Source: a virus (lineage: Duplodnaviria; Caudoviricetes). From it: DNA of 64,000 nucleotides. The notes beneath the pieces were generated by a model. It saw only the letters and a list, made by a program, of their open reading frames with translations, did no database searches and was not told the origin of the DNA. Below, one piece after another: positions 1 through 9,035 of the stretch. The first letter of the stretch is position 1; each line of letters opens with the position of its first letter. The stretch spans positions 32,001 through 96,000 of the IMG/VR virus record IMGVR_UViG_3300014043_000503, one strand, 5' to 3'. Both the position numbers and the translations under genes were made by a program.

Positions 1-138
1 CTTGCTCCGTCCGTTGATGCCATCCGAACTGATGACCTTGACTCCCTTTGCGTTGTCGCGGAAGAGACCTCCCACGCATGTCGTTACAACCGCCTGACGG
101 CCATCCACGTTGATGACCTTGATTCTGTTTCGTGCCAT
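1..138 (-). CDS. small hypothetical protein (runs off window edge)
   Basis: ATG at 138 reads MARNRIKVINVDGRQ..., open to the window edge; same leader (aaaatcttacggatATGGC) as the neighbouring gene; not in ORF track. Confidence 0.6.
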   Translation of the reverse strand, partial: MARNRIKVINVDGRQAVVTTCVGGLFRDNAKGVKVISSDGINGRSK

Positions 139-150
139 ATCCGTAAGATT

Positions 151-312
151 TTAGATTGTTATTAAAACCGACTTTCCAGCCACGTGAGGGCCGATTTCAT
201 ACTTCACGTTATGGGCTGCCGCGCATTTGTGGAAGCCCTTGAGGTTGCTGCTCTCGATTACCACCGAACCCTCAGTCAGAAGCTCGGTGAACTGCTTTAT
301 TAAGTTTGCCAT
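151..312 (-). CDS. 53-aa hypothetical early protein
   Basis: Hand-translated MANLIKQFTELLTEGSVVIESS...VLITI*; conserved leader caaaatcttacggatATG. Confidence 0.6.
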   Translation of the reverse strand: MANLIKQFTELLTEGSVVIESSNLKGFHKCAAAHNVKYEIGPHVAGKSVLITI

Positions 313-335
313 ATCCGTAAGATTTTGATGTTATG

Positions 336-366
336 AAAAAGGGGAAGCCTCAAAGAAGCCTCCCCT
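336..366 (-). terminator. rho-independent terminator
   Basis: GGGGAGGCT..GGCTTCCCC stem followed by T-tract on minus strand, just after the 387..995 stop. Confidence 0.6.
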
Positions 367-386
367 GCAATGTGGCGATCCGTGCG

Positions 387-995
387 CTATGCGCTCTTTG
401 CCTTCTCGTACTCAGCCTTGGTCATGGGGGTGATACCCTTACCGAAGAGAGCCTTAACCTGCTTCTCTGCGTTGGCCTTGCTGAACAACCAGGCTTTCGC
501 CCAGTTTTTATAGCCTCCGCCCAACTGAGCCAACTCCTTATGGAGCAGCATCGTTGCGCCTACCTCCACGTTCTCGCCAGCCTCGTTCTTGCCGATGCCT
601 ACGGTTGTGTCGCTGAACACAAGGAAAGCCTTGTCTGAGTAGTCAACGAATCGGATGCCTAACTTAGCCACCTTCTTCGCGTCGGTCTTGGCGTCAAGCT
701 GAGGAACCTCCACACCCTTCACTTTCAGCACCTTGGATGCAGCCTCCTCTCTCTTCTTGAGAATGTACTCCTCCTTGGACACCTTCACGCTCTTCTTCTC
801 CTTGGCGTTCTTGGCAGCCTTCTTGGGAGCGGACTTCTTCAGCGCGTCCCTGTTCTTCTTGGCGGTCTCTGCGATGAAGCTTTGCAGCTTGGCCTTGATA
901 GCTGAAATCTCGGTTTCTGACTTAGCATTCTTGAATGCTGCGTTAATAATCTCTGATGCAGATACGGTCTGCTTGCCGTTCTTGGTCTGTGCCAT
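387..995 (-). CDS. Lys/Ala-rich basic hypothetical protein
   Basis: 202-aa ORF, AT-rich leader, very basic composition. Confidence 0.75.
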   Translation of the reverse strand: MAQTKNGKQTVSASEIINAAFKNAKSETEISAIKAKLQSFIAETAKKNRDALKKSAPKKAAKNAKEKKSVKVSKEEYILKKREEAASKVLKVKGVEVPQLDAKTDAKKVAKLGIRFVDYSDKAFLVFSDTTVGIGKNEAGENVEVGATMLLHKELAQLGGGYKNWAKAWLFSKANAEKQVKALFGKGITPMTKAEYEKAKSA

Positions 996-1080
996 AGTCT
1001 TTAAAATTTTTGATTGTTTGTAAAAATTGAATTATCTCGCTGCCGTCAGTTTATACACCCTCGGCAATGGAGTGTTTCGC

Positions 1081-1239
1081 TTAATGTCTTTTATCCCAAC
1101 GCTGAAGCATGACGCCCAGCATTACGCAAGTCGCTATAAATGAGCAAAGGCTCATAATTGCAGCGGCTACTCCGTCCGTGAATATCAGCACCTCCGTCAG
1201 AGCGAAGAGTGCTATCACAGTAAGTTCAATACGTCTCAT
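1081..1239 (-). CDS. small membrane protein
   Basis: Hand-translated 52 aa MRRIELTVIALFALTEVLIF..., two hydrophobic stretches, overlaps upstream stop. Confidence 0.5.
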   Translation of the reverse strand: MRRIELTVIALFALTEVLIFTDGVAAAIMSLCSFIATCVMLGVMLQRWDKRH

Positions 1240-1561
1240 AGCTCAGTATGTCTGTTTCATAGTGGTAAAAATCCTCCCAATCGCCTCCGTTGAGAGAATC
1301 GATTTTGTGATATTCTGGAGTCTGCATAAATACGTCAAACCACAAATCATTGTCATCGTTTGAGTAGAATCTGTGCAACCCCTCCATGAGAGCATTTGCA
1401 TACTGCCGCTCAAAGGATAAGCTCTCCCTGATGCTGTATGCGTGAGGATAGAATGCCGACTCCGTTCCGTCTGCTGAAACGTCTGCCGCCATATAGATTT
1501 CGTGGCTGCCGAGATAGTAACCCAGCAGCAACGCAACTGTGATTGTAATTAACTGTTTCAT
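1226..1561 (-). CDS. hypothetical protein with N-terminal signal/anchor
   Basis: MKQLITITVALLLGYYLG N-terminus, acidic body. Confidence 0.65.
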   Translation of the reverse strand: MKQLITITVALLLGYYLGSHEIYMAADVSADGTESAFYPHAYSIRESLSFERQYANALMEGLHRFYSNDDNDLWFDVFMQTPEYHKIDSLNGGDWEDFYHYETDILSYETY

Positions 1562-1591
1562 GCCGTCTCGATTTTATGTTTCAGGTTCTTG

Positions 1592-1882
1592 TTAGCTTTT
1601 AAAAACCGCCTCTACTCCGCAAAATGTCTGCCAATAGTCCACGGGTTCCTCATGCAGAGGCTCAGCGTGCGCTAAAAATACGGGGCATTGTTCTGCAAAT
1701 TGCTGAGGCGTGCCAACCCACGCATAGTATTCGAAATCTCCCAAATCAGACTTTAAGTCCTTCTCGATTCTGAAATAATGGCCTCCGTTATAGTCTGGCG
1801 TCTGTACGATTGCAAACGCCTTGCCATTGTTCACCATGTTTGCCTTTGCGTAAACGCTGAGGCTGAAATTTTTCTGTTTCAT
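1592..1882 (-). CDS. hypothetical protein
   Basis: 96-aa ORF in co-directional cluster. Confidence 0.65.
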   Translation of the reverse strand: MKQKNFSLSVYAKANMVNNGKAFAIVQTPDYNGGHYFRIEKDLKSDLGDFEYYAWVGTPQQFAEQCPVFLAHAEPLHEEPVDYWQTFCGVEAVFKS

Positions 1883-2025
1883 AGCTCTGCAATATTCTCG
1901 CTACCATACTCCGCCTCCATGTCAGCCATAGCGATTTTGGCTGCATCAGACATTTGCTCTACTGTAACACTTGCGATGGCTGCCATAGCGATAATGGCTG
2001 CTCTCTTAAACTGTTTTGCTTTCAC
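1879..2025 (-). CDS. 48-aa hypothetical protein (GTG start)
   Basis: MKAKQFKRAAIIAMAAIAS...; ATGA overlap with next gene; leader caaaatcttacaatcGTG. Confidence 0.5.
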   Translation of the reverse strand: MKAKQFKRAAIIAMAAIASVTVEQMSDAAKIAMADMEAEYGSENIAEL

Positions 2026-2244
2026 GATTGTAAGATTTTGATTGTTAGACAAAAGGCTGCACAGATTGACTCCATGCAGCCCGAAATTGAATTGAATCAG
2101 CCGGCACCTACTCTCCGCCCGATGCCGTAGGGCGTGAAGATATGCGCTCCACCTGACGGCTACCTCTATTCGCCATTGTCAGATAAGGTTCTTTCGGTCA
2201 GTTCTATCCCAGAGACCTCACCTCTGTATCGCTATTGAATCAGC

Positions 2245-2712
2245 CTACCTCCAGCCATGCTCCCGCGCGATCACACGCTCCCGATACTGTGCGTCAACTG
2301 CATCCTGCCTCGATTTGGCAATCCGCGTCAGCTCATTGTACCTCGCCTCGCATCTCTCTATCCGCCAGCCCTTGCTCCTCGCGCATGAAACGCCCCTGCA
2401 AGTACCCCTGTCCTTCGGCTTCAGCTTGCACTTGCGCGTCCTCTCTCCCATGCCAGCATGGAATATCTCGCTGGTAGTCCGCTCCATGCCCATGCCGCCC
2501 TCGAAGTACAGCAATGCCGCCTCGATTGACACCCTGCGAAACCTCGCCTCCGCATTCTTCCTCGCATTACGCACCACCGCCGCCCTGTTACGCGCGACGA
2601 TATCATCACTCAGGGGCTTCTTGCCCGCCTTCTGCTCCGCGAGAACCTGGTTCTTCACGGACGCCAACTGTTCGGGGGTAAAGTAATCCCCCAACGTTGC
2701 AACTATACGCAT
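2245..2712 (-). CDS. Arg-rich hypothetical protein
   Basis: 155-aa ORF with leader caatcttacagtcagATG like its neighbours. Confidence 0.55.
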   Translation of the reverse strand: MRIVATLGDYFTPEQLASVKNQVLAEQKAGKKPLSDDIVARNRAAVVRNARKNAEARFRRVSIEAALLYFEGGMGMERTTSEIFHAGMGERTRKCKLKPKDRGTCRGVSCARSKGWRIERCEARYNELTRIAKSRQDAVDAQYRERVIAREHGWR

Positions 2713-2807
2713 CTGACTGTAAGATTGATTGATAGTGCATGGGGAGCCACCGACCAGGCCCCGCCACCGCCACGTTTCCGCTCGGTGTCATGCTCCGTCC
2801 GCGTGCG

Positions 2808-3413
2808 TTACTTCACCGTCACTGCCACATACTCCTCCGTTATATCGTCATAGACGTACTTGTCAGCCGACTTGAACTCAGCCTCCGACTTGGCGATGCG
2901 CGCCTGCGTCTCCTCGATGAAGTGTGACTGTGATATGCCGTCCGCAAACGTCTGTACGCGCCAACTGTTATCCCCAACTTTCGCAGGCATCCACCTATTC
3001 AGCGGAATGTATTCTCCGTCTTCATTCTTCGTGAACAGAGCCTTACGCACCTTGTTCTTGCCAATGGTTACGTACTGTCTCACATTCTTACAAACCCGTA
3101 GCCGTCCGTCTTCCATGAGAAGAGGATTCCACGCACCCTTGAGTGCTGCAACCGTCACCGCGCCAGCATTGCCGACGGGTACACCCATCTGTTGCAGGAA
3201 CGCACCGATTTCCATGTACACGTACTTATTGTCCTTGTCCTTACCGACGCGCACCAGTTCGTGAGACTCGCCGCACATTGATTTGCGCACCTGATTGAAG
3301 GTGCTGCTCTTCTTGTGCAAGTCACGCGCTGCCATGTGCGCACCGTCAAGGTTCATAGACTCGTAGTGAGAAACCACATTCTTAACACTCTGATTTTTTG
3401 CATTCTTTTTCAT
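2808..3413 (-). CDS. hypothetical early protein
   Basis: 201-aa ORF, first gene after a TAnnTTTG promoter. Confidence 0.75.
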   Translation of the reverse strand: MKKNAKNQSVKNVVSHYESMNLDGAHMAARDLHKKSSTFNQVRKSMCGESHELVRVGKDKDNKYVYMEIGAFLQQMGVPVGNAGAVTVAALKGAWNPLLMEDGRLRVCKNVRQYVTIGKNKVRKALFTKNEDGEYIPLNRWMPAKVGDNSWRVQTFADGISQSHFIEETQARIAKSEAEFKSADKYVYDDITEEYVAVTVK

Positions 3414-3512
3414 AATCGTAAATTTTAAAAGTGAATAATATTTTTAACTACAAAGTGAGTGAAAAAGATTTGAACTTTAAAATTTGCAAAGGAAAAATGA
3501 AAAGGAAAAATA

Positions 3513-3575
3513 TCAAAATATATCGTTTGCAAAGTGCTCGCATAAAGCAAACACTTTGCAAAGATATATTTTTGA
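3513..3575 (-). promoter_or_regulatory. Bacteroidetes -7 promoter element (TATCTTTG) inside a ~24-bp inverted repeat
   Basis: Arms tcaaaatatatcgtttgcaaagtg (3513-3536) and cactttgcaaagatatatttttga (3552-3575); caaagata at 3559-3566. Confidence 0.55.
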
Positions 3576-6046
3576 AAAGGAAAATTTGAGTTTTCGTTTG
3601 CGTTTTCATTTGATAGAAAAAAGTAACAAATACTTTTTATAGCTCTATCCGGTAACTATCTTTTTAAGGGGCTATCTAATTAATAAATCAAATAGCGCAC
3701 AACAATTTGGCAACCACACAAAAACCATATATAAACGATATATGGAAAGTGAATAACTTGTGAACTTGCAACCAAACTATAAAGATAGCATATAATTGCA
3801 AGTTCATTTCGTTTTTTGGTATGCTTTCCCTTTTTGTAGATATATTTGTTATCTGCTTTAAATATCATATTTTGTTGTTTGGTTGCAAGCCAAACAAATA
3901 CGATACTTAATTAAGAAACGCGCCTATTAAACGCGCTACACTCGTATAGGTGTTACCCTATCACTATACACAAAGAAAAACGCTTTAAACTGATTTTCGT
4001 TTGCCACAAATACCAAATCATTTTGCATATGATTTAATATTTGTTGGTGTTATTTGTAGGTATCCAACCAATTAAAAACCTTTTTCTTTGTAGGCTAAAA
4101 GCCCAAAAAGGGAGATACATTAAAATGTATCATTATTGCCTCAAAAAGCACTTACCACCAAAATTACATTTGTTTTATTTCCACTATCGTTTGGGTTTTC
4201 CACGTTTATTTTATACGTCCGGAAAGCTTTCTAACCACAAAAAGCTTTTTGCCCTTTTGCATAAATCTTAAGCAATTATTTATTATTTGTATCACTCTCT
4301 TTTCCTTTGCTCTTAAATAGCTTTTTCACTTGATACTTTGTTTATCAGGGCTTATTTGGCTATCACCCCCAAAAATCGGCTTGTTCGGTACATTTAAACC
4401 TAATACAAACATTTTTCAAGTGCTTTTTTATTTCCCCTTGTAGTTTCAGATGGACTAAAACCAAAAAAGATGGTTAACCTTTCCCCTTTCCAAAGGTAGT
4501 CTTTAGATAAAACCAAAGGGAGAGCGACACATTATTAAATAAACTTGTAACGCTAAAACTTTGCGCCTAATTTTGAAAACGTTTACCACTTAATCACTTA
4601 CAAAATACAAATCGTTTACCTTTGTAGGAATATTCCAAAATTAAACCGATAACAAATAAACTTTAGGCAATCACCCGATATTTACCGCTTTTAAATAGCG
4701 CCTAAATTTGTAACGCTTATTTGCTGATTTTTTCAAATCACCTAAAACAAATGTAATGAAATCAAAGAGCACACAACCTTTTTGTGGTTGCAATACGATG
4801 ATACATTATATTTATATAGAGTGTAACAAAAAAGGGAGATATTTTTTAATTATTTTGTAATTTACTGATTTTCAAATAGTTAGGAAAAGCAAATTTTTAA
4901 TTGTATTGTGTAATATTACATAAGGTAAAAAGAAAAAGTTTAGTACAAAAGTGAAACTGGATGAAAAAAGCAAAAATGGTTAAAGTTTTTGATATGTTAG
5001 AAATGGAACAATTTTGCACACAAAAGCCCTGAAAATCAAGCACCTAAAAGGGAGCAAAATTTTTATAACTGAGCACTCATGTAATACTTTTTTACCACCA
5101 CCACACCGAGCGGAGATACCCCCACACTCGCGTACCTTATATATAAGCATAATAGGTTCACTTTCTACAATAGTGAAACTATTTTCCAGAGAGAGGCCCG
5201 GAAAGTACCGAAAAATAAGGGGGAGGGTGTCGGTTGCACTGAAAACCCAACACACAAATTTTTGCCATTTTTGAATTTGAAAAATTTTAACTTAACGTGC
5301 TTTTCCCAGCCCCAAAATGAAACGGCCGATTAATAATATTATAGTATAAATACAACAGATGTTCCAGCTTTGAAAATTGTCCGATTTCTAACCTCCATAA
5401 TCACCAAAACCACCAAAAAATCTTACTTCCTGATCCTATAAAACCCACTCCAGAAAATCCCAAAAATTCTGGGGATCTGAATTTCAAATCCAAAATCAAT
5501 TTGTAAAAAATATTCTTAACATCGCCAAATTGCCGCGAAATCTTGCGCGTGCTGGCTTCAAATATATCTGGTGGACAACTTATCCACCCATCATAAAAAA
5601 GCCGCTCAGAACGAAAATTTCGAGGTCTTGCCACCCACTCCATCCACAAAACTTCAATCAGACACCAGATTTTCTTTCCTCTCAGCCCCTTTCACACCTC
5701 CAGCCATCAACTACACCTCCTGAATAACTTCAAACGCTCCAGACGAAAAATTTCAGAGATAACAAAAAGGCTGGTGATCTTCCCATATCTTTCCCAAACA
5801 ATTCCCAGAACGTTCCAAAACCATTCCAAGACCATTCCAAAAAAAACAAAATCACAAAATTAAATCTGAGATTGCCATAATCGGCAATAAACATAACAAT
5901 TTATCAACGATCAGCAAAATATAAAAAGCATTCTCTAAAATTTAAAGAACGGTCATAAACAAAAAATAATTCCTGAGAGTTAACCTAACAATAATATCTC
6001 AGCTATAAATCATAAAAATATTAATTGCTGGAAGTCAACCTATATG

Positions 6047-6099
6047 ACCTTACATAACCTTACCTTACCTTTACATAACCTTTCCTTAACTTAACCTTA
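6047..6099. repeat. degenerate ACCTT pentamer tandem repeat
   Basis: accttacataaccttaccttacctttacataacctttccttaacttaacctta. Confidence 0.7.
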
Positions 6100-6263
6100 T
6101 CTACTCTCAGAAAATAAATATACTGGAAGTAAACCTGGGAGTAAGCATAACGTTCAATACTTAACCTTCACTTAACTCATGAGCGGGCGAGCGCGCACGC
6201 GCGAGCGACTATCAATTTTAAAAATAATATTTCAATATTAAATAATATCAATATATGTTATCG

Positions 6264-6340
6264 TTGTACTCCTGAGGACAATGGTCGGCGTAGTATTGTA
6301 CTCAGGAGGACAATGGTATTGTACTCAGGAGGACAATGGT
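6264..6340. repeat. three ~23-bp iteron/operator-like direct repeats (candidate origin)
   Basis: TATTGTACTCAGGAGGACAATGG exact at 6294-6316 and 6317-6339, variant at 6264-6285; internal dyad ATTGT.CTC..GAG.ACAAT. Confidence 0.75.
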
Positions 6341-6867
6341 CATGCAAAATTATCTTGCTCATCGTCGGAAATACTTGCATTACCACATCTCGCTTCTGGA
6401 ATATTTTTCTTGATCAACCTTTCGACATATTCAAAATCAACAGCGTTCAGGTTAACTCCTTCCAGCTCTTTCTTCAATCTGTCTGGCTCGATATTGCCAA
6501 ACCTATTAATTGTCATGACTATCATGTCAACCGCATCAGTTGATACGGTATAGTAAAAATTGTTTCCGCCACCTTTGAAATGCCTAATCAGTATTCCCAT
6601 GCTTCTCAGACTTATCAATATTTTATTGATCGTTGTTTTGCCAATATGAAGTCTTTTGGAAATCGCGTCGTATTTAACATAGCTCCATCCGTTCATTTGA
6701 ACAAATCTGGTGATATACAAATATATCGCAAAGCTTTCAATTCCCAGAAAATCCATCAGAATAGGTATGGTATAGCAATATGGTTTTGCCACACCATCTT
6801 TCCCATAGTGCCATTCACGAAACCTTTTCGCTTCCTTGGCGTCTTTTTTTAATATCTGATCTTCCAT
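6340..6867 (-). CDS. winged helix-turn-helix protein (replication/regulatory)
   Basis: YDAISKRLHIGKTTINKILISLRSMGIL HTH pattern; paralog of next gene. Confidence 0.7.
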   Translation of the reverse strand: MEDQILKKDAKEAKRFREWHYGKDGVAKPYCYTIPILMDFLGIESFAIYLYITRFVQMNGWSYVKYDAISKRLHIGKTTINKILISLRSMGILIRHFKGGGNNFYYTVSTDAVDMIVMTINRFGNIEPDRLKKELEGVNLNAVDFEYVERLIKKNIPEARCGNASISDDEQDNFA

Positions 6868-6933
6868 GTTCCAACAAATAAAAGGGTAACTTTTGCCTTA
6901 AATATCTTTCAAAATATTTAGAACAACATCCAG

Positions 6934-7425
6934 TTACTCATCATCACAATCACTATCGGGAATTTCACAGCTTGCTTCAGGAATTGACTGTATGATAATT
7001 TCTTTCAGGTAATCAATGCTGGCAGTTCCAAGATTTATTCCGGCAAGCGCGTCCCTGATTTTCCATACAGGTATCCAGTAGAACATGTCGGTTATCTTAA
7101 CTATCGTGTTTTCTGCGGATACTGATATTGTGTAATAGTAGTTGCCACTGCCTTCTTCGATATGTCTGTGTATAATCCCCATATTACGCAATGATTTTAA
7201 CGTCTTGCTTATGGTTGCCCTGCTGATTCTAAGCTTATTCATGATGTCATCATACTTGAGGTAGCAGCGTTCTTCCTTATACCTTGAATAATTGATGAGT
7301 GTATAAAACGCAAGCTGTCTGCTGTCCAAAAATACTGTCATAATGGATAGCTGAATGAAAGAATCCTTTTGATTGATAAGCCAGTTGCGGTATTTTACCG
7401 CTTCTTCAATGTTGTTTTTAGCCAT
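6934..7425 (-). CDS. winged helix-turn-helix protein
   Basis: YDDIMNKLRISRATISKTLKSLRNMGII; shares NxYYT and IPEAxC motifs with 6340..6867. Confidence 0.7.
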   Translation of the reverse strand: MAKNNIEEAVKYRNWLINQKDSFIQLSIMTVFLDSRQLAFYTLINYSRYKEERCYLKYDDIMNKLRISRATISKTLKSLRNMGIIHRHIEEGSGNYYYTISVSAENTIVKITDMFYWIPVWKIRDALAGINLGTASIDYLKEIIIQSIPEASCEIPDSDCDDE

Positions 7426-7548
7426 TTTTTAAAGTTTTTGAATTATTAATTAATTTACTGCAAAGTTCAAAAATTGAATTACGCACCCTATAATAGTAAA
7501 TATTGGAAACAAATATTTGATTTTTGGCATTTTATTTTGAAAATTTTT

Positions 7549-7952
7549 CTATTATGAAGTGTTCCAACATTTTTTATGTTTTGAGAATTACGCACCGTGC
7601 CCAGCATTTCATTTTAATGTTGGGCGCTTTCTTTAGACATTGTAACAGCATTTTAATTGCATTTTATAATTTTAAATCCGAGAAACCGCCATGACTGTGA
7701 AGCCGTGGCGGTTTCATTTTGGAAAAAGTCGGTGGATCCGTCAACATCCAGGCAGTCGGATGACTATTATATGTCAGCTATAGATTTAGGAATATGTGTA
7801 ATAGTTATTGGATTTTAAGATTTTGAAATTTCAATCGTGGCGGCTCAGGCTGTGAAGTCAGGACGCCACGCTTTTTCATTTACGATCATTTATTTTTTAT
7901 CATATTTCATTTGTTTTTTGCGGAGGTGTCTGTGAAGATGCCTCCGTTTTTC
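7549..7952 (+). ncRNA. putative small-RNA array (U-rich segments ending in CTGTGAAG-loop hairpins)
   Basis: CTATTAT motifs at 7549 and 7764; GC-rich hairpins 7682-7715, 7836-7870 and 7921-7946 with identical CTGTGAAG loop plus T-tracts; no ORF of note. Confidence 0.45.
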
Positions 7953-8031
7953 CATATAAAAAGCCAGGGCACCCTTTCGGAGAACCCCAGCCAAGAAAAC
8001 ATGGTAAAAGAAAAAATTGGTCGGCGATAAG

Positions 8032-8104
8032 TGGCCAGTAAGGGACTCAAACCCTTATCTACGCTTTAGGAGAGCATTGTTCTGTTCGGTTGAACTAACC
8101 AGCC
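8032..8104 (-). tRNA. tRNA-Arg(CCT)
   Basis: Cloverleaf: acceptor GGCTGGT/ACTGGCC, D stem GTTC/GAAC, anticodon arm ATGCT-CTCCTAA-AGCGT, T arm AAGGG-TTTGAGT-CCCTT; no encoded CCA; atypical D and T loops. Confidence 0.8.
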
Positions 8105-8160
8105 TCAAAGAATATTAGAAAAATTCCAGCCGATTTCGTTTGTATCCGACCATGTTTTTT

Positions 8161-8272
8161 CTATTATATGACAAGTAGTTTTTTCATAAAGAGTTAATAG
8201 ATATTTTTCATTGGTTAAAAATTAGGTTAATAATGAAAGGCGAGGACTGTGAAGCCCCCGCCTTTCGGTTTT
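8161..8272 (+). ncRNA. putative small RNA (fourth CTGTGAAG hairpin unit)
   Basis: CTATTAT at 8161, ~65-nt U-rich body, hairpin GAAAGGCGAGGAC-TGTGAA-GCCCCCGCCTTTC at 8235-8266. Confidence 0.45.
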
Positions 8273-8289
8273 GATATATATATGGTAAA

Positions 8290-8691
8290 TCATGGGATTG
8301 TGCCCTCAGGATCCTCGCCGTCTGAAGCCCCGGCCTCTCCGTCTGTGCTTTCGACGGCTACGATGTCGGCCACGGAAGCGAGACCTTCCTGAACCTTCCT
8401 CAGCAGGATCTCAGCCACGTCACCCTTGATGTCGGTTCCAATGGCCTCGTTCCTCACCTCGGGCATAGGCGGCCTCCTGTGAGGGAAGTCGAACGTGCCG
8501 CACCAAGAGGGCCTGTGCATCCAGTCTGGGTGCAGGAACTCTTCGAATGTCATTGCCGTGCTGCTGATGCTCAGGTACGAGCCTTTCTTCTCAAGCGACA
8601 CATAGTTGTCAACAAGGCTCTCCAGCTCGTCCGCTATCAAGGCCAGCTTCTTGACCTTGCCAATCAGTTCAGTTATCTCTTCCTTGGTCAT
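8290..8691 (-). CDS. hypothetical protein
   Basis: 133-aa ORF preceded by CTATTAT motif (8710-8716, minus). Confidence 0.65.
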   Translation of the reverse strand: MTKEEITELIGKVKKLALIADELESLVDNYVSLEKKGSYLSISSTAMTFEEFLHPDWMHRPSWCGTFDFPHRRPPMPEVRNEAIGTDIKGDVAEILLRKVQEGLASVADIVAVESTDGEAGASDGEDPEGTIP

Positions 8692-8729
8692 CTTTCAATC
8701 TTTTTGCATATAATAGAAAAATGTGAGCG

Positions 8730-9035
8730 TCACTTTTGCAGCGGGTTGTTGAAACCCTTGAGCTTCCAGCCGTCTTTTTCGCGGTAAACCTTCTGGAACA
8801 GCTCTATCAGCTCCACCATCTCGGAATCCGTCAGCCTCCCGGCGGCGAAATACACGCATCCGTCTATCTTCCTGCAATCCTTGACGGTCATCTCCTCGAT
8901 GTATATCCGTGGCTTGCCGTCCTCACCGACCCTCACCTTCTGCTTGAAATGATCAAGCGGGGCGTTCAGGCTCACAGCCCTGTATCCGGCTGCAAGGTCG
9001 TTGTACTCAAAATGAATCTTCGTTCCAGGTTTCAT
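8730..9035 (-). CDS. hypothetical protein
   Basis: 101-aa ORF, ATGA overlap with upstream gene. Confidence 0.65.
   Translation of the reverse strand: MKPGTKIHFEYNDLAAGYRAVSLNAPLDHFKQKVRVGEDGKPRIYIEEMTVKDCRKIDGCVYFAAGRLTDSEMVELIELFQKVYREKDGWKLKGFNNPLQK

Noticed and set aside
3680-5727. Short track ORFs in the AT-rich non-coding region
   Set aside because: Low-complexity translations with no consistent strand, leader or phage-like codon use
6264-6340. Direct repeats as a mini CRISPR array
   Set aside because: Repeats are adjacent or only ~8 bp apart, with no unique spacers and no cas genes
7771-7818. 15-codon plus-strand micro-ORF MSAIDLGICVIVIGF
   Set aside because: Too short to support and not paralleled in the other array units; a leaderless peptide cannot be excluded
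7682-8266. Hairpin array as CRISPR or attC-type cassette array
   Set aside because: Only the 8-nt loop is conserved; stems differ, spacing is irregular and no ORF cassettes lie between them
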